Shown: positions 12,791 through 25,343 of the stretch, piece by piece
Layout of the letters: each line of letters opens with the position of its first letter
Numbering within the stretch: position 1 is the first letter of the stretch
Assembly (NCBI GenBank): GCA_017499595.2
Contig: CM039004.1
Coordinates: 3,224,001-3,288,000 of the forward strand
Length of the DNA stretch: 64,000 nt
From: Psilocybe cubensis
Lineage: Eukaryota
Direction of reading: 5' to 3'
The notes under the pieces: model-generated
Databases searched by the model: none
Seen by the model: the letters and a program-made list of their open reading frames with translations, nothing else
What the model was told of the DNA's origin: nothing
Made by a program: the position numbers and the translations under genes

Positions 12791-14118
12791 ATGTCTACCC
12801 AAACCTCCTCCAACAAGGCCGCTCTCCTCCAAAAGAATGACAACGACATTGTCATTGTTTCCGCTGTGCGGTCAGCCATTACTAAGGTGCGCGTTTTCGG
12901 TGGGAAATGCAGTATAAACGGCGCTGACTGCGAGTTGTAGGGCAAGAAAGGAGGATTCAAGGACACCAAACCAGAACTGATCCTTTCTCATGTTCTCCGC
13001 GCTGCCTACTCAAAGGTCAACCTCGACCCCAAACTCATTCAGGATATCGCTGTCGGCAATGTTCTCCCACCAGGCGGTGGAGCTTCTGCTGCTCGCATGG
13101 CCGCGCTCCACGCTGGAATCCCCGTCGAGACCTCAATTAACACCGTGAACAGGCAGTGCTCGTCTGGTTTGACCGCAATCAACCAGATTGCCAACCAAAT
13201 TCTCGCAGGACAGATTGACATCGGTATCGGTACGTGAGAGATCTACACACGGGTCCCCTGCCATGTTCTGACATACATCTAGGTGCTGGTGTCGAGTCCA
13301 TGACAAATGGGTACGGAGCTGGTGCTGCCCCTGATGTCTCAGAGGAAGTTCTTGAGAACAAGGACGCCGAAGACTGCCTTTTGCCCATGGGTATCACCTC
13401 TGAGAACGTTGCCAAGGACTATGGCATCACCCGCAGAGTTCAGGACGAATTCGCCGCGAAGTCGTTCCAGAAAGCCGCCGCTGCCAACAAGGCTGGCAAG
13501 TTCAAGGATGAAATCGTTCCCATTACTGCCAAATTCATCGACCCCAAGACGGAGAAGGTTTCGGAAATCGTCGTGGACCAGGATGATGGCATCCGAGACG
13601 GTGTCACTGTTGAAAGCCTTTCCAAGCTCAAACCCGCTTTCTCGAAAGACGGTTCGACTCACGCCGGAAACGCATCCCAGGTGTCGGATGGTGCCGCTGC
13701 TGTTCTGCTTGCCCGCCGTTCCGTGGCCAAGCGCCTAGGTCTTCCCATCGTTGGCAAATTCGTCACTGCCGCCACCGTTGGTGTTCCCCCACGCATCATG
13801 GGTGTTGGTCCCGCCTACGCTATCCCCCGCGTGCTTGAGATTGCCGGCATCACCCTCGCCGATGTCGACTTCTTCGAGATCAACGAGGCTTTCGCCAGCC
13901 AGGCTGTTTTCAGCGTCCAGCATCTTAACATTCCCTTCGAGAAGGTCAACATCAACGGAGGAGCTATTGCCATTGGCCATCCTTTGGGATGCACTGGTGC
14001 CCGCCAGGTCGCCACTGGTCTCAACATCGCCAAGCAGACTGGCAAAAAGCTGTTCGTGACCAGCATGTGCATTGGTTCGGGCATGGGCATGGCTGCCATC
14101 TTCGTGAGCGAGCAGTAG
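12791..14118 (+). CDS. 3-ketoacyl-CoA thiolase (beta-oxidation, POT1/FOX3-like), 3 exons
   Basis: VNRQCSSG (Cys), NEAFA, GHPLG (His), SMCIGSGMG (Cys); introns about 12887-12940 and 13230-13282; strongly C-biased third codon positions. Confidence 0.95.
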
Positions 14119-14630
14119 ATGGTTTTCTATTTTATTTAGGATGTACTGTATATTAATTCTTCCATATGTACGATGATACCAAAACAATTCAAACAAAAGT
14201 ACGAAACTACTTTATCAATCCTATATTGGAGCGAAAGTTAGATGTCAGTGGTGGTGAGATGGTCGAGTAGCTGAAGTTGAACGTTGAAGTTCCTGAGTTT
14301 TGCTAGTCACGCGCAGTTTTTGCTGATGGCGCGAACAACTTGTGGAGAACTGATACTAGCTAGGCCTTCTTCAATATTCAAGTCATATACATTGGAGCAT
14401 CAAAGCGAGAATCAATCCCCAATCCATCTTTCGCCACCGCTCTACAATGGCGGCGAAGAGATCGGTTCCAGCAGGCCTTGGAGCGTGAATCATGTCGGGT
14501 CCGGTGAGTCACAGGCATGTCAATTCTAACAAACTTCAGCGAAACTAACTTTTTGGCAGCTTGTTTTAAAGAGTGACTGAACCTCTCAGTTTTTTTTTAC
14601 ATCTCAGCTAAACAACATCAGCCCTTTTCG

Positions 14631-17167
14631 ATGGATTCACTCAGACTATCGTCTTTGCAAATCAACGACCCAATCAAGGTATTGTCATCTGAATCTCCCA
14701 CAAACGAAGAATAACAACATAATCTCTAACTTCTTAACCAGACCGCCTCTCCCGCGAAATCTAAGATCAGCAAGGCGAAGAAAAAGCAAGTTGAATCGAC
14801 TGGTTCAACAACTTCTGACAATGTAGATCCCGGTCATGGATCATCCCAAGCTGTAGAGATCGTTGCCTATTCCCAACAAAGCCGCTTCCATCGAGAAACA
14901 TTCGACGCCAGCGATATCGATATCGACATTAAGGGGGTCAACGTCAGTGTTAACAACAAAGAACTCCTCGTTGATGCCCATCTGCGGTTGAAGCCGGGTG
15001 TGAGATATGGCATGGTTGGCCAGAACGGAGTGGGCAAGTCAGGTGAGTTCAAATAGGCAGTCTTCTGAACGATTCTGACCTTCTCGGGTTGTTCCTTCGG
15101 CCAGTGTTGTTGTCTGTGCTTGGAAACAACGTGCTTGTTGGATTGCCCCAGAATGTACGGATTCTACACATTGCTCAGTTGGAAGATTTCACTGCTGGTC
15201 GGACAATTTTGGAAGAGATCCTCGAGGCAGACGTTGATCGCACGCGAATAATTCGAGAGGCACAAGGTAGTTTTCAACACGGGTTCTAGGTGTTATCGAG
15301 TCCTGATGCCTTGCCAGCACTTCAGGGGTTTACCACAAAGGCGAACTCCGATGCAGCTTTGAATACGATTATCCACAAGCTCCTCGTCTCTCGCGCTGAA
15401 ATAGCGCTCGACAAGGCTCAAAAAATTGCCACGAAGAGATCTGGACAACGCGGGCACACTGCACGCCAGGCTTTGTTAGTCGCAGAGAACGACCTTGCCA
15501 CTCTTCAGGCCCAAGATCCACAGACATATGTCACCACACAAATGGTCCATGATATAATGACAGAGGTGTTCGGTGCATATGAAGTCCTGGATCTTGAAGC
15601 GGACGAAGCAAGAGCAAAGTCAATCCTTCGCGGACTGGGATTTAAAGATGAAGACCTCTCCAAAGAAGGAAGGAAGATTGGTGGGCTAAGCGGTGGTTGG
15701 CGGATGCGAGTTATGCTTGGAAAGGCGTTATTCATCAAGCCTGATATATTGCTTCTCGACGAACCAAGTGCGTCTCAAAGTAATTTTTTGTATATGCCGT
15801 TATCCTAATTGGTGACTATCAGCCAACCATCTTGATCTCCCCGCCATTGTGTGGCTACGTTCATATTTGACGAACGATGCGGAGGGTCAGACAGTTGTCG
15901 TCGTCTCTCATGACCGGAGCTTCCTTGACGCTGTTACGGACGAGACGATAATTTTTAGGGACAAGAAACTGACTTATCATCCTGGAAACTACGACGATTG
16001 GGAAAGAAACACAGAAGAGCAAAGGAAACGCAAAACACGCCTGAAAGAGGTACAATGCTTTTCACTGGCGAACTGATTTTTTGTCTGACAAATTTCGTTC
16101 TAGCTGGAAATGAAGAGACGAAAACAAATAATGGACAGCATCCAAAAAAATGTCCAGCAGGCTAAATCGACAGGTGACGATAAACGATACGGACAGGTCG
16201 CATCTCGTAAAAAGGTGAGTGCTTCCATGATGGTTCTTGAACAATTTTTATAAACGTTTCTGTGCAGAAACTTGAAAGGATGGGTATGGAACGTCTGGAA
16301 GATGGTAAAAGATATAAGAAAAGTTATCACGGCTTCCATGATGAAATCGTCGTTGAACAGGCGGTGAAGACTGCGCCTATCACGCTGCCTCCGCCGGAGC
16401 CATTCAATTTTCCTGGGAGCTCGTTTCTTCAACTTTCCGAGGCTTCATTTCGCTATGATCCTAAGCCATCCTCTCCTATGGTCATTAACAATGTGTCACT
16501 TGACGTCGGCCCTCAAGCCAGGATAGGGCTTCTAGGTCCCAACGGTTGTGGCAAATCCACCCTCATGAACCTCCTTGCTGGGGAACTTAAACCCACCCTT
16601 GGTGAAGTGAAGAAACACCACCGACTCCGCATTGGCTACTTTTCGCAGCACACCGTCGACCAACTCGATCTCTCAGTGTCAGCCCTTCAACACCTGTCGA
16701 AGTCGTTCCCGGATATCGTCATCACAGAGGGTGAAGCGCGCTCGCATTTCGGGTCATGTGGGATCAGCGGTGATCCTGTTACGCGTCCAATCCGCACGTT
16801 GAGTGGTGGCCAGCGGAACCGCGTTGCTCTAGCACTGGTGACGTTTCATCGTCCGCATGTGCTGCTGCTGGATGAAATCACAAACCACCTTGATATGGGC
16901 ACTGTCGAGTCGCTCGTGGAGTCTCTCTGTGAATTCGAAGGGGCGTTGGTGGTAGTCAGTCACGATGTATGGTTCCTGAAGCAAGTCATCGAGGGCGGGG
17001 ATGACGATGAAGATGACGACGATGATGATGGGGAGAGACAAAAGGGCGTTCTGTATACTGTGACGAAGAAGGGAGAGCTAAAGGAGTGGGATAAGGGGTT
17101 GGAGGCATACGTGGAGAAGATACAAAGGCTTTCGACAAAAGCCTTACAAACCCGTGCTATTAAATAA
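14631..17167 (+). CDS. ABCF-family soluble ABC ATPase (GCN20/ARB1-like, two NBDs, no TM domain), multi-exon
   Basis: NBD1 GQNGVGKS, LSGGWRMR, LLLDEPTNHLD (spliced), VSHDRSFL; NBD2 GPNGCGKS, LSGGQRNR, LLLDEITNHLD, VSHD; acidic tract near the C-terminus. Start at 14631 (MDSLRLSS) is inferred from splicing phase. Confidence 0.9.
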
Positions 17168-18029
17168 TGCAGGCGAATTTTTTGTCGACCTCTAGGAATA
17201 AATTGCAGTGCAATTTTGTACCCTCCGATTGTGTCTGTCATTGAGGACGACCCCTAAACCTCAACATCGGCCTCAAAACAAAATGACTTTGCTACTGTTT
17301 ATAGCATCCTACAACTGACGAAAATAGTACGTCAATCACAGTATTTATTTACTGTGCTGCGCTTAATATATTCCATCTATCTTTATTTTCTTAAAATTTC
17401 AGACGTTCTCAATAACTACCCCTGATAGAATATTACACCTATCTCCGATTAACCCACGCACGTTTTCAGATTCTAAGGATAGCAGCAATTACTGCTCGCG
17501 CAAAGAAACTACGATAACCAGTCTGCAGCCCTTTCTTGAATGTCAGCGTTTGCAAATGTTGTACTGATCTCTATGTCATGAGCATGAAATACGGAGAAGT
17601 ATTCTCGAATCCACGAGTTCTCCTGACGATCTTGACTTGAACTTGTATTCATAAATGCTTCCCCTCGGAGCATCGGGCCCTAAGATAAAGTCGTTGAAGG
17701 TGAGCATGTCGTCCAACGCATCGTCTGTGTAAATTTAATGTTTATTTTAAACCAAGGATGTTCCAGCCTACTCCTTGCGCTATATTTATATATGAGGATG
17801 AGCGACGGAACGATGATAATAGTACCATTCGATATATCAGGTCAGTGTCAAGTCATCCTATATCTGCTTCCCAAAATTATATCTACGAACTCAGACACCC
17901 CTAGATCATAAGATCCTTTCCGCAGGCACACCATGCGGCTTGTCTGAGCATACATTTTTGCATGTTAAAATTATGCACACCTATAAATGATACGAATTCG
18001 AAAACGAAACACCAGCCCGGGAACCTACC

Positions 18030-19522
18030 ATGCTCTTCACGTTCGCTCTTGCCTTCTGTGCTTTGGCAATTCAAGGTAACCTCTCCGCTAACCATTCAGC
18101 ACCAAAAAATTGAACTATCTTTGACTTGTTAGCACTTTCTCAGTCTATACTGGATGCTACCTCACCATGGCCTCCAGGTCCAGGACAGGACCTTGTACCA
18201 CAGGAACCAGACGCGGAGCTCGCACAAATACTTAGCCAGATAGACCCCAACCGAATCCAGGCAATTATCGAGAAACTCGTTTCTTTCGGAACCCGACACA
18301 CACTCTCCAATCAGACAGATCCAGTACGAGGTATCGGAGCTGCTAGAGACTGGATTGCGTCAGAGATGCGCACATATGCTGCTGCATCAAACGGCAGAAT
18401 GGTAGTCACAGTCCCGAGCTATGTGCAACAGCCTGTTTCAGGGCTAGTACCCAAGGCTACGGTGATCAGCAATATTGTTGCGACTATCAATGGATCTGTT
18501 GAACCCAACCGTGTCTACGTTGTCTCTGGACATTACGATTCCCGGGTCACTAATATTCTGAATTTCATGGACGACGCTCCAGGTGCCGACGACGATGGAT
18601 CGGGAGTCGCAGTATCGATGGAGTTGGCGAGAGTTATGGCTACACATCAGCCAGCAGCAACGATCATGTTTGCAGTAGTTGCAGGCGAGGAACAGGATCT
18701 TTTTGGTTCCAACTTCATGGCTACCACTCTCAAACAACAGGGAGCGGACGTTCAGGGAATGTTGGACAACGATATCGTGGGCAGTTCAACCGCAGATGAC
18801 GGCACCATCGACACGACTGATATACGCATGTTTGTTTCCGGCCTTCCTCCATCCAACACCGCCCAACAGAATTTGAATCTTGCTGCGATTGGAGGCGAGA
18901 ACGATTCACCAGCTCATCAGTTAGGAAGATTTATAGCTGAAGTATCCCAGAATTCTGCTACCCAAATGAACGGTGAGCGCTTCCATTCATTACAATCTCC
19001 ACTGACAAATAATTCATAAAAGTGAGGACTATATTCCGGCCGGACCGCTTCCTGAGAGGAGGCGATCATGAATCATTCCTGGACCAGGGATTCCCCGCTG
19101 TGCGATTTACTGAGCCTCACGAGAACTTTGCTCACCAGCATCAGGACGTACGAGTGTCCAATGGTGTCCAGTTCGGTGACCTCATCGAATTCGTCGACTT
19201 CAATTTCACTGCCAGTGTTGCCAAAGTCAATGGTGCTGCATTGTGGTCACTGGCACAAGCCCCTGGAACCCCGAAAGGGTTGGTCATCGACACCAGCACA
19301 TTGACCAATAATTCCACCTTACGCTGGACCGAGGATCCAAATGCCGCAGGATACGAAGTGGTTTGGAGAGAGACTGATCAGCCACAATGGCAAAAGGTTA
19401 TATCTGTTGGGAAGGTTAGCTCTGTTACTGTGCAACTCTCGAAGGACAATGTGCAGATGGGGGTAAGAGCGGTGGGCAGCAATGGATTCAAAAGTCCAGC
19501 CGCATTTCCCATGCCTAACTGA
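18030..19522 (+). CDS. Secreted M28-family zinc peptidase with C-terminal FN3-like domain, 3 exons
   Basis: Signal peptide MLFTFALAFCALAIQ; SGHYDSR, APGADDDGSG, AGEEQ, LDNDIVG, RGGDHESF, HQH metal-ligand motifs. Confidence 0.9.
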
Positions 19523-20049
19523 GAGAATTTTAAAAGATCCATTAAATTTTTCGCTATTCAAAATGTTTCTGTACTTTTGTATTCGACTCACATTCGGCGA
19601 ACATTTTGGTTAATTGAAAACATGAAAAGTGTAATCACGCCCTAACGTTGTTCAAGATAGGGATTACAACTGCCTAAGGTTCTGTGACCTGTCTAGTGTA
19701 TGTTCATTTAATGTCTTTCTCAAATTCGCGATGAGTGTTTGGTTCTTTCAGCCATGTAGTAGCTTGATACTGTTATCAGGAAACTTGATACGTGGATATC
19801 AATTAGCTCCCTGGGTGAATTGAGGTTATGCTGTGTGGTTCTAATACGTTGAATCATAAAAGCCATGGTTTCAACTGGCATTTGCATACATATTTGTGTC
19901 ATCATAAGTGTTAATTAATTTTATTAGCATTATGCAGTACAATACAATATGGGATCATTTCAAATAATCATAGGCGTCTACTTGACATTAACGTAATGTC
20001 AAGACTGATTGCAAAAGTTCAAAAGTCTTACAATCACTGCAGCCTTCAA

Positions 20050-20500
20050 TTAATTCTCTCGCTGGTTGAGCATTTTGAGCTCGCTTGGAAGATATCTCTG
20101 GCTTGGACTCAAATTCAAATAAGAGTCCATTGCTTTCAGCAGCTGAGAATCTGGAATTGGCTGCTGGTTGGCATAGGGATTGTTATAGTATAATGAGCCA
20201 TCTTTCCAGCCATGAGAGACCATGGTTGGTGTAGGACAAGTTTCCGGAAGCTTATTGGATCTTTCTTCGTCCTGAGGAGATGGTTGGACTGGTGGACCTG
20301 GACAAATGGTGATAGCTAAACCATCTGTCCTCACACTTAAGGAAGCTTTAAAGTATAGTACTTGAGTAAGTAAGTCCGAAGAGAACTGAATGATTGAACT
20401 AACGTCGTTGTGCCTTGGTAGGACCTGCAGATTGGTTAAAGGACAGACGATCTACAGGCTTGCTCTGGAATGATTGGGTAGTAAGAGGTTTAATATCCAT
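20050..20500 (-). CDS. Small hypothetical protein, 2 exons
   Basis: ATG 20500 (MDIKPLTTQ) can be joined by one GT-AG intron in frame to the 20050-20334 ORF; TATAAAA lies upstream on the minus strand. No recognised motif. Confidence 0.3.
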
Positions 20501-21558
20501 TTCGGGTGTATTCGTGCTGCGTGGGTAATTCATGACGCTTAGGGTATGTTAGAGTCTTGCTGAAAGAGAAGAAAAACTTGGGGGCGAGATATTGAATCTC
20601 CCGAGATTCGTTTGATGCTTTTATATTCCACCAGACCCAAATCTACTTGTGTGGCGCGGTGGCATAGAAAGGACACTTCTACAACGGGTAGAATGGGTAA
20701 ACAATAAACGTAAGTCACTTTCCATTTTCAGGAGGTCGGATTGAATTGGATTGGCTCAAACAAGGATTTCCTTGGCATGGATAGAAAGTTGGCAAGGACT
20801 TGTTTTGCCACTTGGGCCATCCCAACGAGTTCAAATGACTATGTCAGCAGCAGGGGCCTACTTCCAACTATGTCTATCGTACCACTGGATATCGATTAAC
20901 CTTTTGATTTACTATATATTCAAAATTCAACACGGCCTCAAGTGGCACTGTGGCCACATTCAGCCGCTGGTCGTTAGGCGCCATCTAACCTAAAAATAGA
21001 ACATATAATATCCTAATCCGAAATCGTCACTGTGTCGATAAAAGCACTTCCGCTTAGATTCTTTATTTTTGTTAGGTTTCCGTTCAAGATAATTGGGACG
21101 TTATAGTTATGGTGTCCGTTCATTCAAATTCAGTGGTACCAGTCGGTCACCAGATGGTAAGCTACTCTGAGGTATGTTTTCATACTGTTGATGTCCGGCC
21201 CGCTTCCAGATGTCCTCCACTCGGCCACATCCATCAACATCGGTTGATAAAACGGGCCCATGTTACCACCATTAACTATGGCCCTTGCAGTATCTGCCTC
21301 AGAAGTACCTAGGTGACCCATATGTTGTCAATAAGTTAACTTGTAGTGCCACATCCGACGCCGTCAACTATGCGCTTTAGCAGTTTGTCATTTTGCAATT
21401 ATTTCGGACATAAAAGCCTCTAATCCTATACATATATAAACTGAGCAAAGTAAGTCCCTGACAAGAAAAATATTTATTGACCGAGAATATACAGTACTTA
21501 TACTTGAAGTTTGTCTCATACTATTCAGCGTCTCGTACTATCGAGCATTGCAGTGTTA

Positions 21559-22528
21559 TCACGGATAGGTAATCTGCATGGTTCCGTTGGTGGAGGCACT
21601 GGACAGAACGGCCATCTGGAAGCCTTCAGTGGAATCACTAATCGATGTCCAGTTGAGGGGTGGATGTAGACCATCCTGAGTGGCGATGTTGATGTTCGTC
21701 ATCATAGTTTTTCCGGTAGGAAGATCGGAGGCACCGGATGCAGTGTAGATCTCCAACGCTTCATATGCATAGTTAAAAACTTCGGTTGTGGAAATGGAGA
21801 GAGAGGTGCTCGGAACGCTAGTGAAGACGGAATTCCAGTGGAAGGTTGTTGTGTTTCCGGAAACCGTAGTGCTTTTAAGCGACATAACACCCGTAAGACT
21901 CTGCCCTGCTTTGACCTGGGCCGGGACAGTATAGTAGGTGTTTGATCCAATCAGATACCATGACGCTACCGCCCAGTAATTTCCTCCTCCAGCTGGCGTA
22001 GAGCCGAATTGCAGGACAGGTTGGAAAATACCGTCGAAGGAGCTGGGAATAAGGGCATTGAAAATGTAAAGAATTTGTCCATCCTTTTTCGCTGGGGTAG
22101 GTGGTACCGACCAGGTGGTAGAGAAGGAGCCGATGTCGCTGGTGGCGTTGTTCTTCCAATAGGAGTAGGCAACGTACCCTGAGCTCAGTTCTCGAGGGGC
22201 AAATGAGGTGGGTGTGCCTGATATTTTGGATTTAGTGGAAATTGTTTTAGAAACCGGGGCGGAGTGGATGATAGTGCCATCTGCGGCGATGAGGTGAACT
22301 TCAGCTGCGGTATGGTGAACACGAGCACCCTCAGGAACTCTGTGAACACTAGATTTTGGAACTAGTCCTCCAGGAGTCATCACCATCTCTTCCTATATTT
22401 CAACAATTAGCAGAAGATTAAAAGATTGAATAGTAAGCATAACGAACTGCATCGGTGGAACTTGACAACCTGCCGAGTACAGAAAGAGCTAAGATCGCAC
22501 AGGTTAAGATAGCCTTGAAAAATATCAT
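21559..22528 (-). CDS. Secreted beta-rich protein resembling glutamic peptidases (G1/neprosin-like fold, inferred), 2 exons
   Basis: Signal peptide MIFFKAILTCAILAFSVLG; pro-like segment TPGGLVPKSSVHRV; mature part with FSTTWSVPPTP, IFQPVLQFG, WAVASWY, YEALEIY. Confidence 0.65.
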
Positions 22529-25343
22529 GGCAGTAGCGGGAGAAGGGTGCCGAACTTGTAAATGTTTTAGTCTTTTATACGACGTTTACTTGAAGCCACA
22601 GAGTAAGTAAATCTCCGAGATAACGTTCAGAAACGTTGGCATGACCTTCTTCGGAAAAAGAAGAGTGCTTCTGATACCTTTATCGCAGTTTTCAGCAGTC
22701 AAGTCATTGCGGCCATAAGAAATTGGTCCAATAAACATGGTCTGATGATTGCTTGCAGCAAGGTCAGCACTTCCGGTTCTTATAACATGTTTAACATACG
22801 TTGATGTCCTTTGTAACGGTGGGGAACATGTGAGCCGGAAATTTTATCATTGCTCAATGCCAGACGACATGCTTTTGTCGCTCTGAACTGCTGGCAAAAT
22901 GTGATACGCTGGATGACGCGCCGTCAGGTATAAATGGATGGACTGAGAAGAAGATTTTAGTATGCCGTCCTTTGCCGAGATTCATGATGCATGCGTACAT
23001 TACAGTGTATTTTTGGAGTGCTACGACCTGTCTTACTTATCGCTGAGAAGATACACCACTACAATCTTCCTAGGTGTACAGTGAGCACATACTGCAAGTA
23101 TGAATCGTGGTTGATGGGAGTAGCTATGAAAGAGAGACTCATACTATAAGTCCTCCTGCGCGTTGTTCTATTGACTAGTATGTCTTCTAAGGCGACATTT
23201 CATGACATTTGGTCTAGAAGACTGTGGAGTAGTGAAGAAGCGAGATGGACAGTGTAATTCTTGCCTCTTTTTTTACTCACCAACTTGACAGGAAATGAGC
23301 ATCTTGGTCTGGAGGCGGCCCGTACCCCTAATCTCGTGTTCTGGGCAATGCGTACATCGTTAAATTGGGATAAAAATTAGATGCTCTTCAGAGCTAGAGA
23401 GGTAAAAATGTGCAGTGTACCACCGTTTGATTGTGGAGGAAGATGACGTTGAACGAATGGGAAGATGAATATATATGGACGAGTGTCAAGAGTCATAGTC
23501 AAGCTTCAAGACTCCATACATACGCAAAATCCGTCTATTCTCTTGGCGTGTAACTGGCTTCAAAATTTCGATGTCAAATTGTTCTCTGCTCGCGGGCGAA
23601 GCAGATTGTCGGACCCTAAAAGGATGCCTGCCTTGCCCCGGCCGTCTTCCAAGGTTCTGAAACTTTGCGACCCCTAGGGGACTCACTCCAGCTCACTCCG
23701 GATGTAGAGCCGGAAGGTTGTGCCTGCCTAGTCTCTCGTAGACAGACCACGATCTGCCCTTACCAGTGCAAAGCTTTACCATCGTGTCTTAACATCCAGA
23801 ATTAACATCAAACTAGATAGCGTAGGATGTAACGGTGGCAAATTCTTGTTGAACTTTGCTATTTCTTGATACCAATGTTGGCGTCGCTGGGGACTTCAGG
23901 AGGTCGGCAAGGGTGTCAATGCAGTGGTCTGGCACGGAGTGACCCCCCATCGTTGTTGTGTTGCCATTGCAGACGTTCCATTATCCATATCCCCTTCCCC
24001 ACTGTATCTTTTTACCAAATTTACATTTTTTGCCCCTAATTATTGCATTGCCGCATCCGCCCCATGTACTTAGCAGAGCAAATGTTTTTCTTTTATTGCG
24101 TACAATTTTTTGGTGTGCAGCGCGCCGGCGCTTTAGTCCCAAGTTTACTTCTTGGGGCGGCCAGATCGTTAATTAACAGTCCTTCTTTAGGAGGATTCGT
24201 TTTATATCATCGAAACCCTGCCATAATGAGCCGGCGATCAATCGGCATTTTTCTATCGGAGATTTAAATGTTCTGTTTTCGCCGTTCGGCTTGAACTTGA
24301 AGCTTGAAGCTTGCAAGCTTGAACGTCGGTCTTTAAAGTTCACCTGCTATCACAAACCTCACATTCCTAGCTTTTCGCAGGGAATGAAACGCTTTTTTGC
24401 CGGAAATGGGTCGGCAAAAAGACCGGAACTTCAAATCTTACCACTCGACATCAATGAAAATCTGTCTGAAAGGTTTCTTGTTGCTTCCGTATGGGAGGGC
24501 CAACTTAGTTACCTATACAACTAAATTTCTATTCATTTCCGTAGCATCTCATCACCCTAGCATTCACGGCTCACTTATTTATTAGCTACACACAACTTGA
24601 ACAATGAACATCAATGATTTCATTCTTTTCAGTCTAATATTTGTCTTCAAGTCAGATGGAATTATGTATTACTACATTATAATGCATTGGAATATGCACC
24701 ACCTATAAGACACTTCTTATAAATTACAAAGGAATTGATGACAAGGACTTGTAACTGCCGTGCGTGGCAACAGTCCACCTTACAAGTCACTGTTTTATAT
24801 TCACTCCTGCGCATTTACTGTTTGCCTAGCTAAACTAAATCCTCCATATCTGTCAGAGTGCTTCCCTCCTGAACGCTCATGTGCGCCATTCTTCTGTATA
24901 GTGGGTGGCGGAACACTTCTACATTAGCGAATACTTTAAGGTCATGCTAACTATAGACAGCCATTGCTTCGATCGTTCGCTCGCGATGACATAGATTCTA
25001 CAGCCGTTCTGCCAACACCACGCCGGGTACGCCTGCTTCATGTCTTGCAGGAAGGCTGACCAATACTGTAATCATATAATTACAATTGTTCCACTCTTTC
25101 ACATTGCACATCGCGAATTCTGACTGGAAAAAATTTTCAGCTCAGACACTGTTCGCTTTTAAAGGCAAATTAACACCCGCCAGTGTCAATGATAAGGAAC
25201 ACATCGGATGTCCTATTCTTAACTCATTGTAGTTGACGCCGCTATGATTGTTCGACGCCTCAAATCGGTCCTTAGAATGTATAAGAAGGCCAGAATACAA
25301 AGAACTAATATCATTGAGTGCGCAGCCTGCGGCACAGGGACTC

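Noticed and set aside
13307..14196. Several long overlapping and antisense ORFs over the thiolase
   Set aside because: Shadow ORFs explained by strong codon bias of the real gene.
21130..21321. 63-aa minus-strand ORF downstream of the glutamic-peptidase-like gene
   Set aside because: No motif or convincing splice partners; could be a fragment but cannot be supported.
24291..24324. Short AGCTTGA-type tandem repeats
   Set aside because: Only 4-5 degenerate 7-mers with no spacers; not a CRISPR array and no evident function.
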